In this document: in pieces, positions 1 through 8,449 of the stretch | Layout: the number at the start of each line of letters is the position of its first letter | Position numbering within the stretch: the stretch's first letter is position 1 | Source: a virus | Taxonomy: Duplodnaviria > Caudoviricetes | Length of the DNA stretch: 25,049 nucleotides | Strand: one strand, 5' to 3' | Virus record (IMG/VR): IMGVR_UViG_3300017914_000656 | Coordinates: 1-25,049 of that record | Translations under genes and position numbers: made by a program | Notes under the pieces: model-generated | What the model saw: only the letters and a program-made list of their open reading frames with translations | The model's database searches: none | What the model was told of the DNA's origin: nothing

Positions 1-1
1 A

Positions 2-340
2 CAAGTCGAAAGGATGGCCGCTTACCTGAATCAAGAGCAAATCGCCGCTGTGCTTGGAATTGCGCCGGATACTTTGCGAAGGATTATGAGGGAGAATGAG
101 TCTGTTTCTATCGCGTACAAAAAGGGACGCGCCTCGAAGGTCGAGCTAGTCGCCCAGTCCCTCTTCAACAATGCGACGCAGAAAAACAACGTGCTTGCTC
201 AAATCTTCTATCTGAAAGCCCGTGGCGGCTGGGTCGAGAGTCAGCCCGAGCAGGAGCGTCCGACCATAAACATCAGCTACGGCCAAGCACCGGAACGGAT
301 CGAGCGCGGAGTGGTGATCGATCAGGACTCGAGCGAATGA
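2..340 (+). CDS. terS: Terminase small subunit, probably 5'-truncated by the window edge
   Basis: Frame is open from position 2 (QVER-MAAYLNQEQIAAVLGIAPDTLRR, HTH-like). C-terminal AQIFYLKARGGW resembles HTH-type TerS. Lies directly upstream of terL. Confidence 0.8.
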   Translation, partial: QVERMAAYLNQEQIAAVLGIAPDTLRRIMRENESVSIAYKKGRASKVELVAQSLFNNATQKNNVLAQIFYLKARGGWVESQPEQERPTINISYGQAPERIERGVVIDQDSSE

Positions 341-495
341 CCGGAGGGGCGGGGTACATCCCCCCAATCCGACCGCCCTACGGCGCGACATCCCCCCATA
401 ACAACAGGGGAAGAATCGTCTTCACAAACGAAGGCGCAAAATTAACAACGGCCTCGAGGGTAGTAGTCCTCGATTGTAAACTTTATGCATATTGA
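337..495 (+). CDS. Possible 52-aa ORF bridging terS and terL (not in ORF track)
   Basis: ATG overlaps the terS stop (ATGA 337-340). Translates MTGGAGYIPPIRPPYG...LDCKLYAY with TGA at 493-495, 11 nt into terL. No recognisable motif. Confidence 0.2.
   Translation: MTGGAGYIPPIRPPYGATSPHNNRGRIVFTNEGAKLTTASRVVVLDCKLYAY
356..398. repeat. 11-bp direct repeat ACATCCCCCCA x2 in a G/C-tract-rich spacer
   Basis: Copies at 356-366 and 388-398, 32 bp apart. The first is flanked by GGGCGG (347-352) and CCGCCC (373-378). Confidence 0.8.
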
Positions 496-1744
496 GCTAA
501 CAAAACCGCAAATCGAGTACATTGAGACTGGGGCGAAGTATCCTGCGATGGTTGCTGGCTTTGGTGCGGGTAAGACTGAGGCGGCTGTTTTTCGTTCGAT
601 ATTTGGATTGATCCGTACTGCGAATCAGTGTGGAAAAGGGTTTAATCCTGTTCGAGGATTTTACGCTCCGACGTTTGACTTGATTCGAGTCATTGCTTGG
701 CCGAGATTTGAGGCTGTGCTTGACAGGTTAGGCATACCATACCGACTTCAGAAGAGTCCGTTGAATCGGATTATTATTGAAGGGATGGGTGAAGTCCTGT
801 TCCGGTCAATGGAAAACCCGTCTCGGATTATTGGTTACGAGCATTGTGATGCTGATGTGGATGAGTTAGATACTCTGAAACCAGAGGATGCGGCTGAAGT
901 CTGGCGAATGATCTTGGCTCGTAATCGTCAGTACAAACCAGATGGCTCTCCAAACACGATTGGAGTGACGACCACTCCTGAAGGGTTTCGATTTGTTTAC
1001 CAGACTTGGAAGCAAGACCCGAAAACTGGGTATGAGATTATTCAAGCCCCTACGCACTCGAATCCTTACCTACCCGAAGGATATATTGATTCGTTAAGGG
1101 ATATGTATCCATCGAATCTGTTGGATGCGTATTTGTATGGCCAGTTTGTCAACTTGCAGTCTGGAACGGTTTACTCTTCGTTTGATCGTAAATCATGCCG
1201 TAGTGATGAAACGATTCGCCAAGGGGAGCCGTTATATATTGGTTGTGACTTTAACGTGATGAATCAGGCCGCAACGGTGTTTGTTCAAAGGCAGGGGGTA
1301 TGGCACGCCGTAGCCGAGCTATCGAAAATGCGTGACACTCCAAAAATGATAGAGGCTATAAGGGATCGCTGGCAGATGAAGGGTCATGCGATTTATATCT
1401 ATCCTGATGCGTCAGGCGCGGCCACAAAATCGGTTAATGCCAGTATTTCTGATCTCGCTTTACTGGAAGAGGCAGGATTTACAGTCCGAGCGAACAAGGC
1501 CAATCCGAGAATTAGAGATCGAGTTGCGGCGATGAATGCGGCTCTGGAATATGGGAGGGTAAAAGTGAACCCCCTCACTTGCCCCACAGTGGCTGACTGC
1601 TTGGAACAGCAGACCTATAAAAATGGGGAGCCAGATAAGGCCAGCGGTCACGATCACCAGAATGACGCAACGACGTATCCCATTGCATATGAGTTCCCAA
1701 TCAGGAAGCGAGTGGCAGATGTCCCCTTTGCTTTTGCGGTATAA
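485..1744 (+). CDS. terL: Terminase large subunit
   Basis: Walker A AGFGAGKT, Walker B ADVDE, coupling motif TTTPEG, nuclease acidic motifs IGCDFN, YPDASG and DHQNDA. Confidence 0.95.
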   Translation: MHIELTKPQIEYIETGAKYPAMVAGFGAGKTEAAVFRSIFGLIRTANQCGKGFNPVRGFYAPTFDLIRVIAWPRFEAVLDRLGIPYRLQKSPLNRIIIEGMGEVLFRSMENPSRIIGYEHCDADVDELDTLKPEDAAEVWRMILARNRQYKPDGSPNTIGVTTTPEGFRFVYQTWKQDPKTGYEIIQAPTHSNPYLPEGYIDSLRDMYPSNLLDAYLYGQFVNLQSGTVYSSFDRKSCRSDETIRQGEPLYIGCDFNVMNQAATVFVQRQGVWHAVAELSKMRDTPKMIEAIRDRWQMKGHAIYIYPDASGAATKSVNASISDLALLEEAGFTVRANKANPRIRDRVAAMNAALEYGRVKVNPLTCPTVADCLEQQTYKNGEPDKASGHDHQNDATTYPIAYEFPIRKRVADVPFAFAV

Positions 1745-1763
1745 TTATGGTTGAGGATACAAT
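1734..1763 (+). promoter_or_regulatory. Candidate sigma70-like promoter upstream of portal
   Basis: TATAAT at 1740-1745; alternatively TTGCGG(1734-1739)-N18-TACAAT(1758-1763). The -35 match is weak. Confidence 0.3.
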
Positions 1764-1790
1764 AGAGCAAACGTATCGAAGGTTTATGCC

Positions 1791-3224
1791 ATGCCAGTAA
1801 GCACTGAACACCCAGATTATCAGAAATATCTACCGACTTGGACGCAAACCCGCGATGCAGTAAAGGGTTCTGTCGCAGTCAAAGAGAAAAAGCATAAATA
1901 CTTACCAGTACCCGACAATTCTTCTGGCGATGAGCGCAAAGGAACTGAAACGGTACGTTACCGTCAGTACATTAAGCGTGCTTTGTACGCCAATTTTACC
2001 GGACGAACGAAAAATGCACTGGTTGGCGCGGCATTTCGAAAGAATCCTTTGATCGAACTTCCCGAAGGGCTTCAATACCTCATCAACGATGCGACTGGCG
2101 ACGGCCTCTCTCTGACTCAGATGGCAAAAGACGAGTTATCGAATGTGCTAGAGACTGGTCGATCTGTTCTGTTAGTAGATTATCCACAGGCTGATGAGAA
2201 CCTGAGTGCTGAAGATGTGGCCCGTCTGGACTTGCGTGCGTCGATTATTCCGTACACTTGCGAACAAGTTATCAACTGGAAGACTGATGTTCGCAGAGGG
2301 CGCAAGGTAATTACCAGTGTGGTGATCGCTGAGTATTACATGGCCGGAGATGATGAGTTCGATCACAGCAAAGAGGTTCAGTATCGCGTCTTACGCTTAC
2401 GCCCAGATGGGTACACTCAGCAACTCTATCGTGAAAACGAACCATACACTGCCGAGTTCTACCCAAAGAAAGCGGATGGGTCAAACTGGGACGAGATTCC
2501 GATCATGTTCGTTGGGTCAAAAAATAATGACTCGACAATCGATGATGCGCCATTGTGCGACATTGCAGAGATCAACATTGCTCACTTCCGCAACTCAGCA
2601 GACTACGAAGAGTCATGCTTTCTTGTAGGTCAGCCATCTCTATTCCTGACCCACTCGTTGTCACTCGAACAGTTCAGGGAGTATAACCCGCAAGGGATCA
2701 AGCTCGGCTCTCGCGCAGGTCATGTTTTGGGCGAGTCAGGCTCCGCAAGTTTGCTTCAAGCGAATCCGAACCAGTTGGTGATGGAGGCAATGAAAGCCAA
2801 AGAAGACCAGATGGTCGCTATCGGAGCAAGAATCATTACTGATCGAGCTGATCGAGAGACTGCTGAGGCCGCCCGTATTCGCTTTGCATCGGAGAACTCA
2901 GTGCTTGGCGATGTTGTCGGAAATATGTCTGAAGCGATTACGAAGTGCGTTATGTACGTCGGTAAGTTCATGGGCGTTGATGCAGATTCAACTCGATTCG
3001 AGATTAACAGAGAATTCTACGACAAGAGCATCGATCCGCAGTTGATTATGTCGATGGTGACATTGCTCGACCGCGAGATCGTTGCAGAGCAAGACATCTT
3101 TGATCGCTTAAAGTCAGCAGGAATCGTCAATCCAGAAAGAACGATTGAGGATGTCCGAGATGAGCGGGGTATGGCTCCGCCACTTCAGTTAGGAGTTCCA
3201 AATGGCGACGGCCAAGAAAGCTAA
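1791..3224 (+). CDS. Portal protein (DUF4055-like)
   Basis: 477 aa, follows terL. Motifs HPDY, YLP, RALYANFTGRT, NIAHFRNSADYE and MVAIGARII are typical of this portal family. Confidence 0.9.
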   Translation: MPVSTEHPDYQKYLPTWTQTRDAVKGSVAVKEKKHKYLPVPDNSSGDERKGTETVRYRQYIKRALYANFTGRTKNALVGAAFRKNPLIELPEGLQYLINDATGDGLSLTQMAKDELSNVLETGRSVLLVDYPQADENLSAEDVARLDLRASIIPYTCEQVINWKTDVRRGRKVITSVVIAEYYMAGDDEFDHSKEVQYRVLRLRPDGYTQQLYRENEPYTAEFYPKKADGSNWDEIPIMFVGSKNNDSTIDDAPLCDIAEINIAHFRNSADYEESCFLVGQPSLFLTHSLSLEQFREYNPQGIKLGSRAGHVLGESGSASLLQANPNQLVMEAMKAKEDQMVAIGARIITDRADRETAEAARIRFASENSVLGDVVGNMSEAITKCVMYVGKFMGVDADSTRFEINREFYDKSIDPQLIMSMVTLLDREIVAEQDIFDRLKSAGIVNPERTIEDVRDERGMAPPLQLGVPNGDGQES

Positions 3225-3573
3225 TCCAAAACTTTGGGAAAAAGCCAAGGCTCAAGCCAAGGCTAAGATGGGCGGAAAGCATTCTGCCAGAGCAATGCAG
3301 TTAGCGACCAAGATTTATAAAGAGAAAGGCGGTAAATACGTCGGCGCGAAATCTTCTTCCAATAGCCTGAAAAAATGGGGCAAGGAGAAATGGGACTATG
3401 TCGGCAAGGAGGGCAAGTCGCGGTACTTGCCGGAAAAGGCACGCAAATCACTTTCAGCAGGTGAAAAAGCCGCAGGAAGTAGAGCCAAAAACAAAGCGAC
3501 CAAATCTGGAAAGCAAACAGCAAAATACACTCCCGCCGAAAGGAAAGCGGTAAGGAAGGCAACCCGTGGCTGA
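3202..3573 (+). CDS. Highly basic small protein (DUF5872-like)
   Basis: SD AGGAG upstream. About 36 K+R vs 8 D+E in 123 aa. Motifs SARAMQLA..YKEKGGKY, LKKW.KEKW and RYLPEKA recall DUF5872 (from memory). Confidence 0.75.
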   Translation: MATAKKANPKLWEKAKAQAKAKMGGKHSARAMQLATKIYKEKGGKYVGAKSSSNSLKKWGKEKWDYVGKEGKSRYLPEKARKSLSAGEKAAGSRAKNKATKSGKQTAKYTPAERKAVRKATRG

Positions 3574-3853
3574 GAAAGACCCAAGACTCAAAAGAGCTGG
3601 AGTCAGCGGCTATAACAAGCCCAAGAGAACTCCGAACCATCCCAAGAAATCCCATGTTGTCGTTGCCAAAGTCGGCGACAAAGTAAAAACGATTCGCTTC
3701 GGTGAGCAAGGAGCAAAGACTGCTGGCAAGCCAAAAGCAGGTGAGTCTGAGGCGATGAAGAAAAAACGTGCGTCGTTTAAAGCCCGTCATGCCAAAAACA
3801 TCGCCAAAGGAAAAATGAGTGCGGCCTATTGGGCGGATAAAGTTAAATGGTGA
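3566..3853 (+). CDS. Highly basic small phage protein of unknown function
   Basis: GTG start overlaps the previous gene. About 27 K+R vs 7 D+E in 95 aa. IRFG.QG...RASFKARH...SAAYWA..VKW signature is familiar from aquatic phage hypothetical proteins. Confidence 0.8.
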   Translation: MAEKDPRLKRAGVSGYNKPKRTPNHPKKSHVVVAKVGDKVKTIRFGEQGAKTAGKPKAGESEAMKKKRASFKARHAKNIAKGKMSAAYWADKVKW

Positions 3854-3856
3854 TCG

Positions 3857-4906
3857 ATGTCTCTTTCTGAAGACATACAAGATGCCATCACTCGGCATCA
3901 AGTATATATGCTCAGATATTCTGCTGGCAGGGAAGCTGAAGCGGCAGAGTACATAGATCGCATCACATCCAAGATTGTTAATGAGCTGCAAAATAATGAT
4001 GATTTATCAACAATGGAGTTACAAAAACTCCAAAGCGTCCTAGCCGATATTGTCGAGTTCGCCGATGAAAATTACATTCAGTTAGCAGAAAAAATGATCG
4101 ATGACGCAAGTCGTCTTATCGAGGCAGAGATCGACTGGAACGGATCGATATTCAGCAGTTTGCTGTCACAAGACATCATCAGTCCAGATAACTTAACGAC
4201 CGAGATCGCCGTCTTTGCGGCTGGGATTGCAATCGACAAAGGCATGATGTCCTTGCGTAATGCCGTCGATGGCTTTCGAAACAATAAGCGTCGCCAGTTG
4301 TTACAGCAAATTCAGGACGGTCTTGCCATGTACGAAAGCAACCAGCAAATGGAAGAGCGAATCCGTATGCAGAATCCATTGCAAAAAAGACAGGCGGCAA
4401 CTCTAATCCGCACGATTTCAAACCATGTTTCAAATAAGACCAGAGATGCTGTACTCAGAAACAATATTGGATTGTTTGATGGTTACAAATGGGTAGCAAT
4501 TCTGGATTCAAGGACATCGTTGATCTGCGCGAGCCGAGACGGCAAGGTTTATCCGCTGACAGATGATCCGGTCAAATCGCCGAAGCCTCCGGCTCATTTC
4601 TCGTGCCGCTCGACCATCACTCCGCAAGTTAAAGCAGGATTTGAAGACCGAGTAGAAAAACAGCCTCGAAGGACTGCCGAGGGTGCGAAAGGCAAAAAAT
4701 TTGTACAGTTCAAAACGAATTATGAGTCTTGGCTCAAAAGGCAACCAGCCTCGTTTCAAGATGACGTATTAGGGCCATCCCGCGGAAAGCTATTTCGTAA
4801 CGGAGGTCTATCCCTTTCTAAGTTCATTGATATGTCTGGTAAAACTTTGACGCTCGATGAGTTGAGAAAACTCGAACCCGATGTCTTTAATAGGGTAAAA
4901 TTGTAA
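3857..4906 (+). CDS. Head morphogenesis / minor head protein (Mu gpF, SPP1 gp7 family)
   Basis: WVAILDSRTSLICASRDG...PPAHFSCRS signature; lies between portal and scaffold. Confidence 0.9.
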   Translation: MSLSEDIQDAITRHQVYMLRYSAGREAEAAEYIDRITSKIVNELQNNDDLSTMELQKLQSVLADIVEFADENYIQLAEKMIDDASRLIEAEIDWNGSIFSSLLSQDIISPDNLTTEIAVFAAGIAIDKGMMSLRNAVDGFRNNKRRQLLQQIQDGLAMYESNQQMEERIRMQNPLQKRQAATLIRTISNHVSNKTRDAVLRNNIGLFDGYKWVAILDSRTSLICASRDGKVYPLTDDPVKSPKPPAHFSCRSTITPQVKAGFEDRVEKQPRRTAEGAKGKKFVQFKTNYESWLKRQPASFQDDVLGPSRGKLFRNGGLSLSKFIDMSGKTLTLDELRKLEPDVFNRVKL

Positions 4907-4946
4907 CTGTGGCTTGAGGCCGAACGTGCAACGCTAGAGGTGACGC

Positions 4947-5621
4947 ATGGAATTTTTAAATGAAGTAGAGCTTGATGATTCTATCAAAGAGCAAATTAAA
5001 GCGAAGTTTGATGAAACTTTGAATCAAACTGTAGAGCAAAAGATCGCTGAAGAAGTCGCAGGACTGAAAGCGAAAAATGATGAATTGTTGGCCGAGAAAA
5101 AGGCCGCGCAACGCCAAAAGGAAGAGATCGATGCCAAGGCCAGAGCTGAAGAAGAAAGGTATGCTAAAGAAAACGGGCAGTACCAAGAACTCTATGAAAG
5201 CCAAAAAGCAGAAGCCAGTGCGCTACGCAAAAAAATCGAAGAAATGAATTCACAGGTTGCGCGACAAAAAGTGCAATCTGAAGCTACTAAGATCGCGGCT
5301 ACGTTGACAAAAGATGTGGCTAAGGCAAAATTATTAGAGGAGAAGTTGGGCCAGAGGCTGACACTTCTCGATGGTGAACTGCGAGTGACTGATGATTCAG
5401 GTCAATTGACAGTCAGTTCACTCGACGATTTGGTTGGAACTGTCAGGAACGATTTCCCGTTCTTGATCGACGGCAACCAAGCAACTGGTGGCGGGGCCAC
5501 TCGTTCACAAGGCGGGGCTGATGTGGGCAACAAAGAAATTAGTCGTTCTGAGTTTGAAGGAATGAATCACGGTCAACGTGCCAAGTTCTTCAAGGAAGGC
5601 GGCAAAGTCTATGATGATTAA
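4947..5621 (+). CDS. Capsid scaffolding protein
   Basis: SD GAGGTG. Acidic coiled-coil (GLKAKNDELLAEKK), FPFL..GGGA linker, directly before the capsid gene. Confidence 0.85.
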   Translation: MEFLNEVELDDSIKEQIKAKFDETLNQTVEQKIAEEVAGLKAKNDELLAEKKAAQRQKEEIDAKARAEEERYAKENGQYQELYESQKAEASALRKKIEEMNSQVARQKVQSEATKIAATLTKDVAKAKLLEEKLGQRLTLLDGELRVTDDSGQLTVSSLDDLVGTVRNDFPFLIDGNQATGGGATRSQGGADVGNKEISRSEFEGMNHGQRAKFFKEGGKVYDD

Positions 5622-5633
5622 GGAGAAAGCCAC

Positions 5634-6779
5634 ATGGCTAACGTATTAACCGATCTCGCGGCAGATATCTACAAAGCCGCCGACGTTGTAGGGCGGGAGC
5701 TGGTAGGCTTCATTCCTGCTTCAACAATCAATGCTGATGGCTCAGAGCGTGCGGCTAAGGGCGACGTAGTTCGTGCGGCGTTCACACGCGAAGCGACAGC
5801 GGTCAACGTATCAGAGTCTATGACTATTCCAGAAGGAACAGACCAGACTGTTGATAACAAGACACTGAGCATCACAAACGCTCGCGCAGTACAAATTCCA
5901 TACACTGGTGAAGACGTCCTTCACCTCAACAACGGTGTTGGATTCGAAACTGTGTACGGTGACCAGATTGCTCAAGCAATGCGTACTCTCACTAACGAGA
6001 TGGAAGCTGATCTTGCCGAAGAGGCGTATCAAAACGCATCTCGCGCATTTGGTACAGCAGGTACTACGCCATTTGGCTCAAACTTCTCTGAAGTTGCTGA
6101 AATCCGCCAGATTCTGGTAGACAACGGAATGCCACAAAACGACGGTCAGGTATCTTTGGTACTGAACACGTTGGCTGGTACTAACTTGCGTCAACTTGCT
6201 CAGTTGCAGAAAGCAAACGAGGCTGGTGGCACTAACTTGCTACGCCAAGGTGTATTGCTCGACCTTCAAGGTCTTGCGATCCGCGAATCTGCTGGTGTGA
6301 TTTCACACACTAACGGTACTGGCACAAGCTACCTCGTCAATGACGCTTCATCAGCAGTAGGCGATACAACAATCGCGGCTGACGGTGGTTCAGGTACGAT
6401 TATTGCAGGTGACATCATTACTATTGCTGGCGACAGCAACAAGTATGTCGTAAACACTGCCCTTTCTGGCGGTGAGCTGGTTATTGGCGCAACTGGTCTT
6501 CGCTCTGCGGCGGCTGACAATGCGGCAATCACTGTAGGCGGCGACTACACTGCGAACGTAGCGTTCCATCGCCGTGCGTTAGAACTTGCAGTTCGCGCAC
6601 CAGCAGTGCCACAGGGTGGCGACTCAGCAGACGATGCATTGACAGTTCAAGACCCAACTTCAGGTCTGATCTTCGAAGTCCGTGTTTATAAGGGCTATCG
6701 CAAGACTATGATCGAAGTAGCGGCATCTTGGGGTGTTAAGGCATGGAAGTCTGACTTCATTGCTACACTGCTTGGCTAA
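5634..6779 (+). CDS. Major capsid protein (P22 coat-like, with beta-rich insertion domain)
   Basis: Strong SD TAAGGAG; 381 aa; C-terminal WGVKAWK; follows scaffold and precedes a terminator. Confidence 0.92.
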   Translation: MANVLTDLAADIYKAADVVGRELVGFIPASTINADGSERAAKGDVVRAAFTREATAVNVSESMTIPEGTDQTVDNKTLSITNARAVQIPYTGEDVLHLNNGVGFETVYGDQIAQAMRTLTNEMEADLAEEAYQNASRAFGTAGTTPFGSNFSEVAEIRQILVDNGMPQNDGQVSLVLNTLAGTNLRQLAQLQKANEAGGTNLLRQGVLLDLQGLAIRESAGVISHTNGTGTSYLVNDASSAVGDTTIAADGGSGTIIAGDIITIAGDSNKYVVNTALSGGELVIGATGLRSAAADNAAITVGGDYTANVAFHRRALELAVRAPAVPQGGDSADDALTVQDPTSGLIFEVRVYKGYRKTMIEVAASWGVKAWKSDFIATLLG

Positions 6780-6785
6780 GACTAG

Positions 6786-6807
6786 CGGGGGCTTCGGCCC
6801 CCGTTTT
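6786..6807 (+). terminator. Rho-independent terminator after the capsid gene, likely leaky
   Basis: CGGGGGC-TTCG-GCCCCCG stem with a cUUCGg tetraloop, followed by only four T. Confidence 0.85.
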
Positions 6808-6830
6808 AGCTTCTGAAAGAGGAAATCGGC

Positions 6831-7010
6831 ATGGCAGAGACAAAAACAACGAAGAAAGCACCAGCTAAAAAGCCAGCGGCTAAAAAGCCAGCACCCAAGA
6901 AAGAATCTAGTTCTCTTGTTAAAATGGTACGAGAGGACGGCAAAACGGCAGATGTACACCCATCAATGGTTGATGATTACAAGTCTGGCGGGTACACGGA
7001 GGCCAAGTAA
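6831..7010 (+). CDS. 59-aa protein with basic PAKK-repeat N-tail (paralog A; not in ORF track)
   Basis: SD GAGG. MAETKTTKKAPAKKPAAKKPAPKKESSSLVKMVREDGKTADVHPSMVDDYKSGGYTEAK*. Stop overlaps the next ATG (TAATG). Confidence 0.9.
   Translation: MAETKTTKKAPAKKPAAKKPAPKKESSSLVKMVREDGKTADVHPSMVDDYKSGGYTEAK
6864..6892. repeat. Tandem GCTAAAAAGCCAGC x2 (15-bp period) encoding AKKPA
   Basis: Copies at 6864-6877 and 6879-6892. Confidence 0.85.
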
Positions 7011-7186
7011 TGACCACAAAGAAATCTGAAGTAGTCGAGTCTCCAGAAGAAGTTACAGTTGAAGAGACTGTGGCCGAAGAGGCTCCGATTGGGCCTACTA
7101 AGCTGGTTCATCCTGATGGGCGTGTAGCCTACGCGCACGATTCAATGATCCCAGCATATAAATCAGCAGGATTCAAAGAGGCTTAA
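7010..7186 (+). CDS. 58-aa protein with acidic N-tail (paralog B; not in ORF track)
   Basis: SD GGAGG. MTTKKSEVVESPEEVTVEETVAEEAPIGPTKLVHPDGRVAYAHDSMIPAYKSAGFKEA*. C-terminal half is homologous to 6831-7010. Confidence 0.9.
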   Translation: MTTKKSEVVESPEEVTVEETVAEEAPIGPTKLVHPDGRVAYAHDSMIPAYKSAGFKEA

Positions 7187-7188
7187 TC

Positions 7189-7662
7189 ATGGCATTGGTT
7201 ATCGAAGACGGTTCCGTCGTATCTGGCGCAAACTCGTATGTGACAGCAGATGAGTATCGGACTTGGGCAAATGATCGCGGTATTGACGTAGAAGCGAATT
7301 CTTTACTTGAAAGATCGATATTGCGTGCGATGGACTACTTCGAGCAACTGCAATTTATTGGAAACAAGGCCAATGAGAATCAGCCATTGCAGTGGCCTCG
7401 CACAGAGGCTCTGATTGACGGCTATTATGCTGATGCTACCGAGATACCAACTCCAGTCAAAACGGCGCTCTACGAGGCTATAAAGGTTGAAATTGACGGT
7501 TATTCAGAACTCAATAACCAAGACCGAAGAACAATCCGAGAGAAAATTGGTGATATCGAGGTTCAGTACGCATCGAACAGCGAGACTCGAACGGTAACGC
7601 CAGCTTTGACTCATGCACTAAAGAAGATTCTATCGCCAGCCACTCAGGTCTTTAGAATATGA
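7189..7662 (+). CDS. Head-tail adaptor (DnaT-like phage family)
   Basis: MALVIEDGS..GANSYV, QPLQWPR and EKIGDIEVQY motifs; first neck gene. Confidence 0.85.
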   Translation: MALVIEDGSVVSGANSYVTADEYRTWANDRGIDVEANSLLERSILRAMDYFEQLQFIGNKANENQPLQWPRTEALIDGYYADATEIPTPVKTALYEAIKVEIDGYSELNNQDRRTIREKIGDIEVQYASNSETRTVTPALTHALKKILSPATQVFRI

Positions 7663-8009
7663 GTTTCAACTTTACTCCGTTACAGGGTAGTGCGAGTACG
7701 CTACTCAAGAATTTCGGTAAAGAGCTGACTTTTACACGCAAGACCGATGCGGCTTACGATCCAGCCACAGGGCAGAAAACGCAAACCACAACGACGTTTA
7801 AGAAGTTTGGCTGTGTATTTGATTACAGCGCCCAAGAAATAGCTTTGGATAATATTCAAGCAGGAGATCGCAGAGTTCTTGCTGAAGGCCATTCCTACAA
7901 GGTTGGTGATACAGTCACCTTAGACAGTGAGGCTTATCGAGTGATCGCTGTTTCTAACGTCCAGCCAGCGGGAACCATCGTTGCTTGTAACTTACAGGTG
8001 AGAAAGTGA
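7659..8009 (+). CDS. Head closure / stopper protein
   Basis: 116 aa, beta-rich; YDPATG, IQAGD and C-terminal LQVRK; gene order. Confidence 0.75.
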   Translation: MSFNFTPLQGSASTLLKNFGKELTFTRKTDAAYDPATGQKTQTTTTFKKFGCVFDYSAQEIALDNIQAGDRRVLAEGHSYKVGDTVTLDSEAYRVIAVSNVQPAGTIVACNLQVRK

Positions 8010-8449
8010 GCATCAACGCGAATATTGGTAAGGCTATTGATAAAGCGACTACAGAGCTTTTATCTCGTGCCAATAAGAGATATGTCAATCTTATCCGGTC
8101 TGTATGTTATGACATCATCGATCAAACGCCAGTTGATACAGGGAAGCTGAAAAATAATTGGTTCCCGACAATCAATAAGCCTTCAACTAGGTTCACAAAT
8201 TCAGTTGATCCGTCAGGCAATAAGTCGAAGGTTCGAGTCAATAATCTACTAGCAAGAATCAAGCTGGGGCAGAACTTCCGTTTCACCAATAACGCTCCGT
8301 ACGCTGACGTGGTTGAATATGGGAAATACCCTAATCCGCCAAAGAATCCTACGGGCAAGACTATCAATGGATTTTCCAAGCAAGCGCCTAGAGGTATGCT
8401 TCGCATAGGGCTTAAGAAAGGCATAGCTAGAGCGAGGAAGATGAGGTAA
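8006..8449 (+). CDS. Tail completion / neck protein (HK97 gp10-like)
   Basis: TPVDTGKLKNNW, NNAPYA.VVEYG and SKQAPRGM motifs. Confidence 0.85.
   Translation: MSINANIGKAIDKATTELLSRANKRYVNLIRSVCYDIIDQTPVDTGKLKNNWFPTINKPSTRFTNSVDPSGNKSKVRVNNLLARIKLGQNFRFTNNAPYADVVEYGKYPNPPKNPTGKTINGFSKQAPRGMLRIGLKKGIARARKMR

Noticed and set aside
338-484. terS and terL share a frame, suggesting a readthrough fusion
   Set aside because: A second in-frame stop (TAA at 443-445) lies in the spacer.
3263-3991. 242-aa minus-strand ORF and other antisense ORFs in the track
   Set aside because: They are shadows of well-supported + strand genes, with no motifs. The F/L/S richness mirrors the Lys codons on the other strand.
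4907-4946. Small hairpins upstream of the scaffold gene as an autoregulatory operator
   Set aside because: The stems are only 3-4 bp and cannot be told from chance without homolog alignment.
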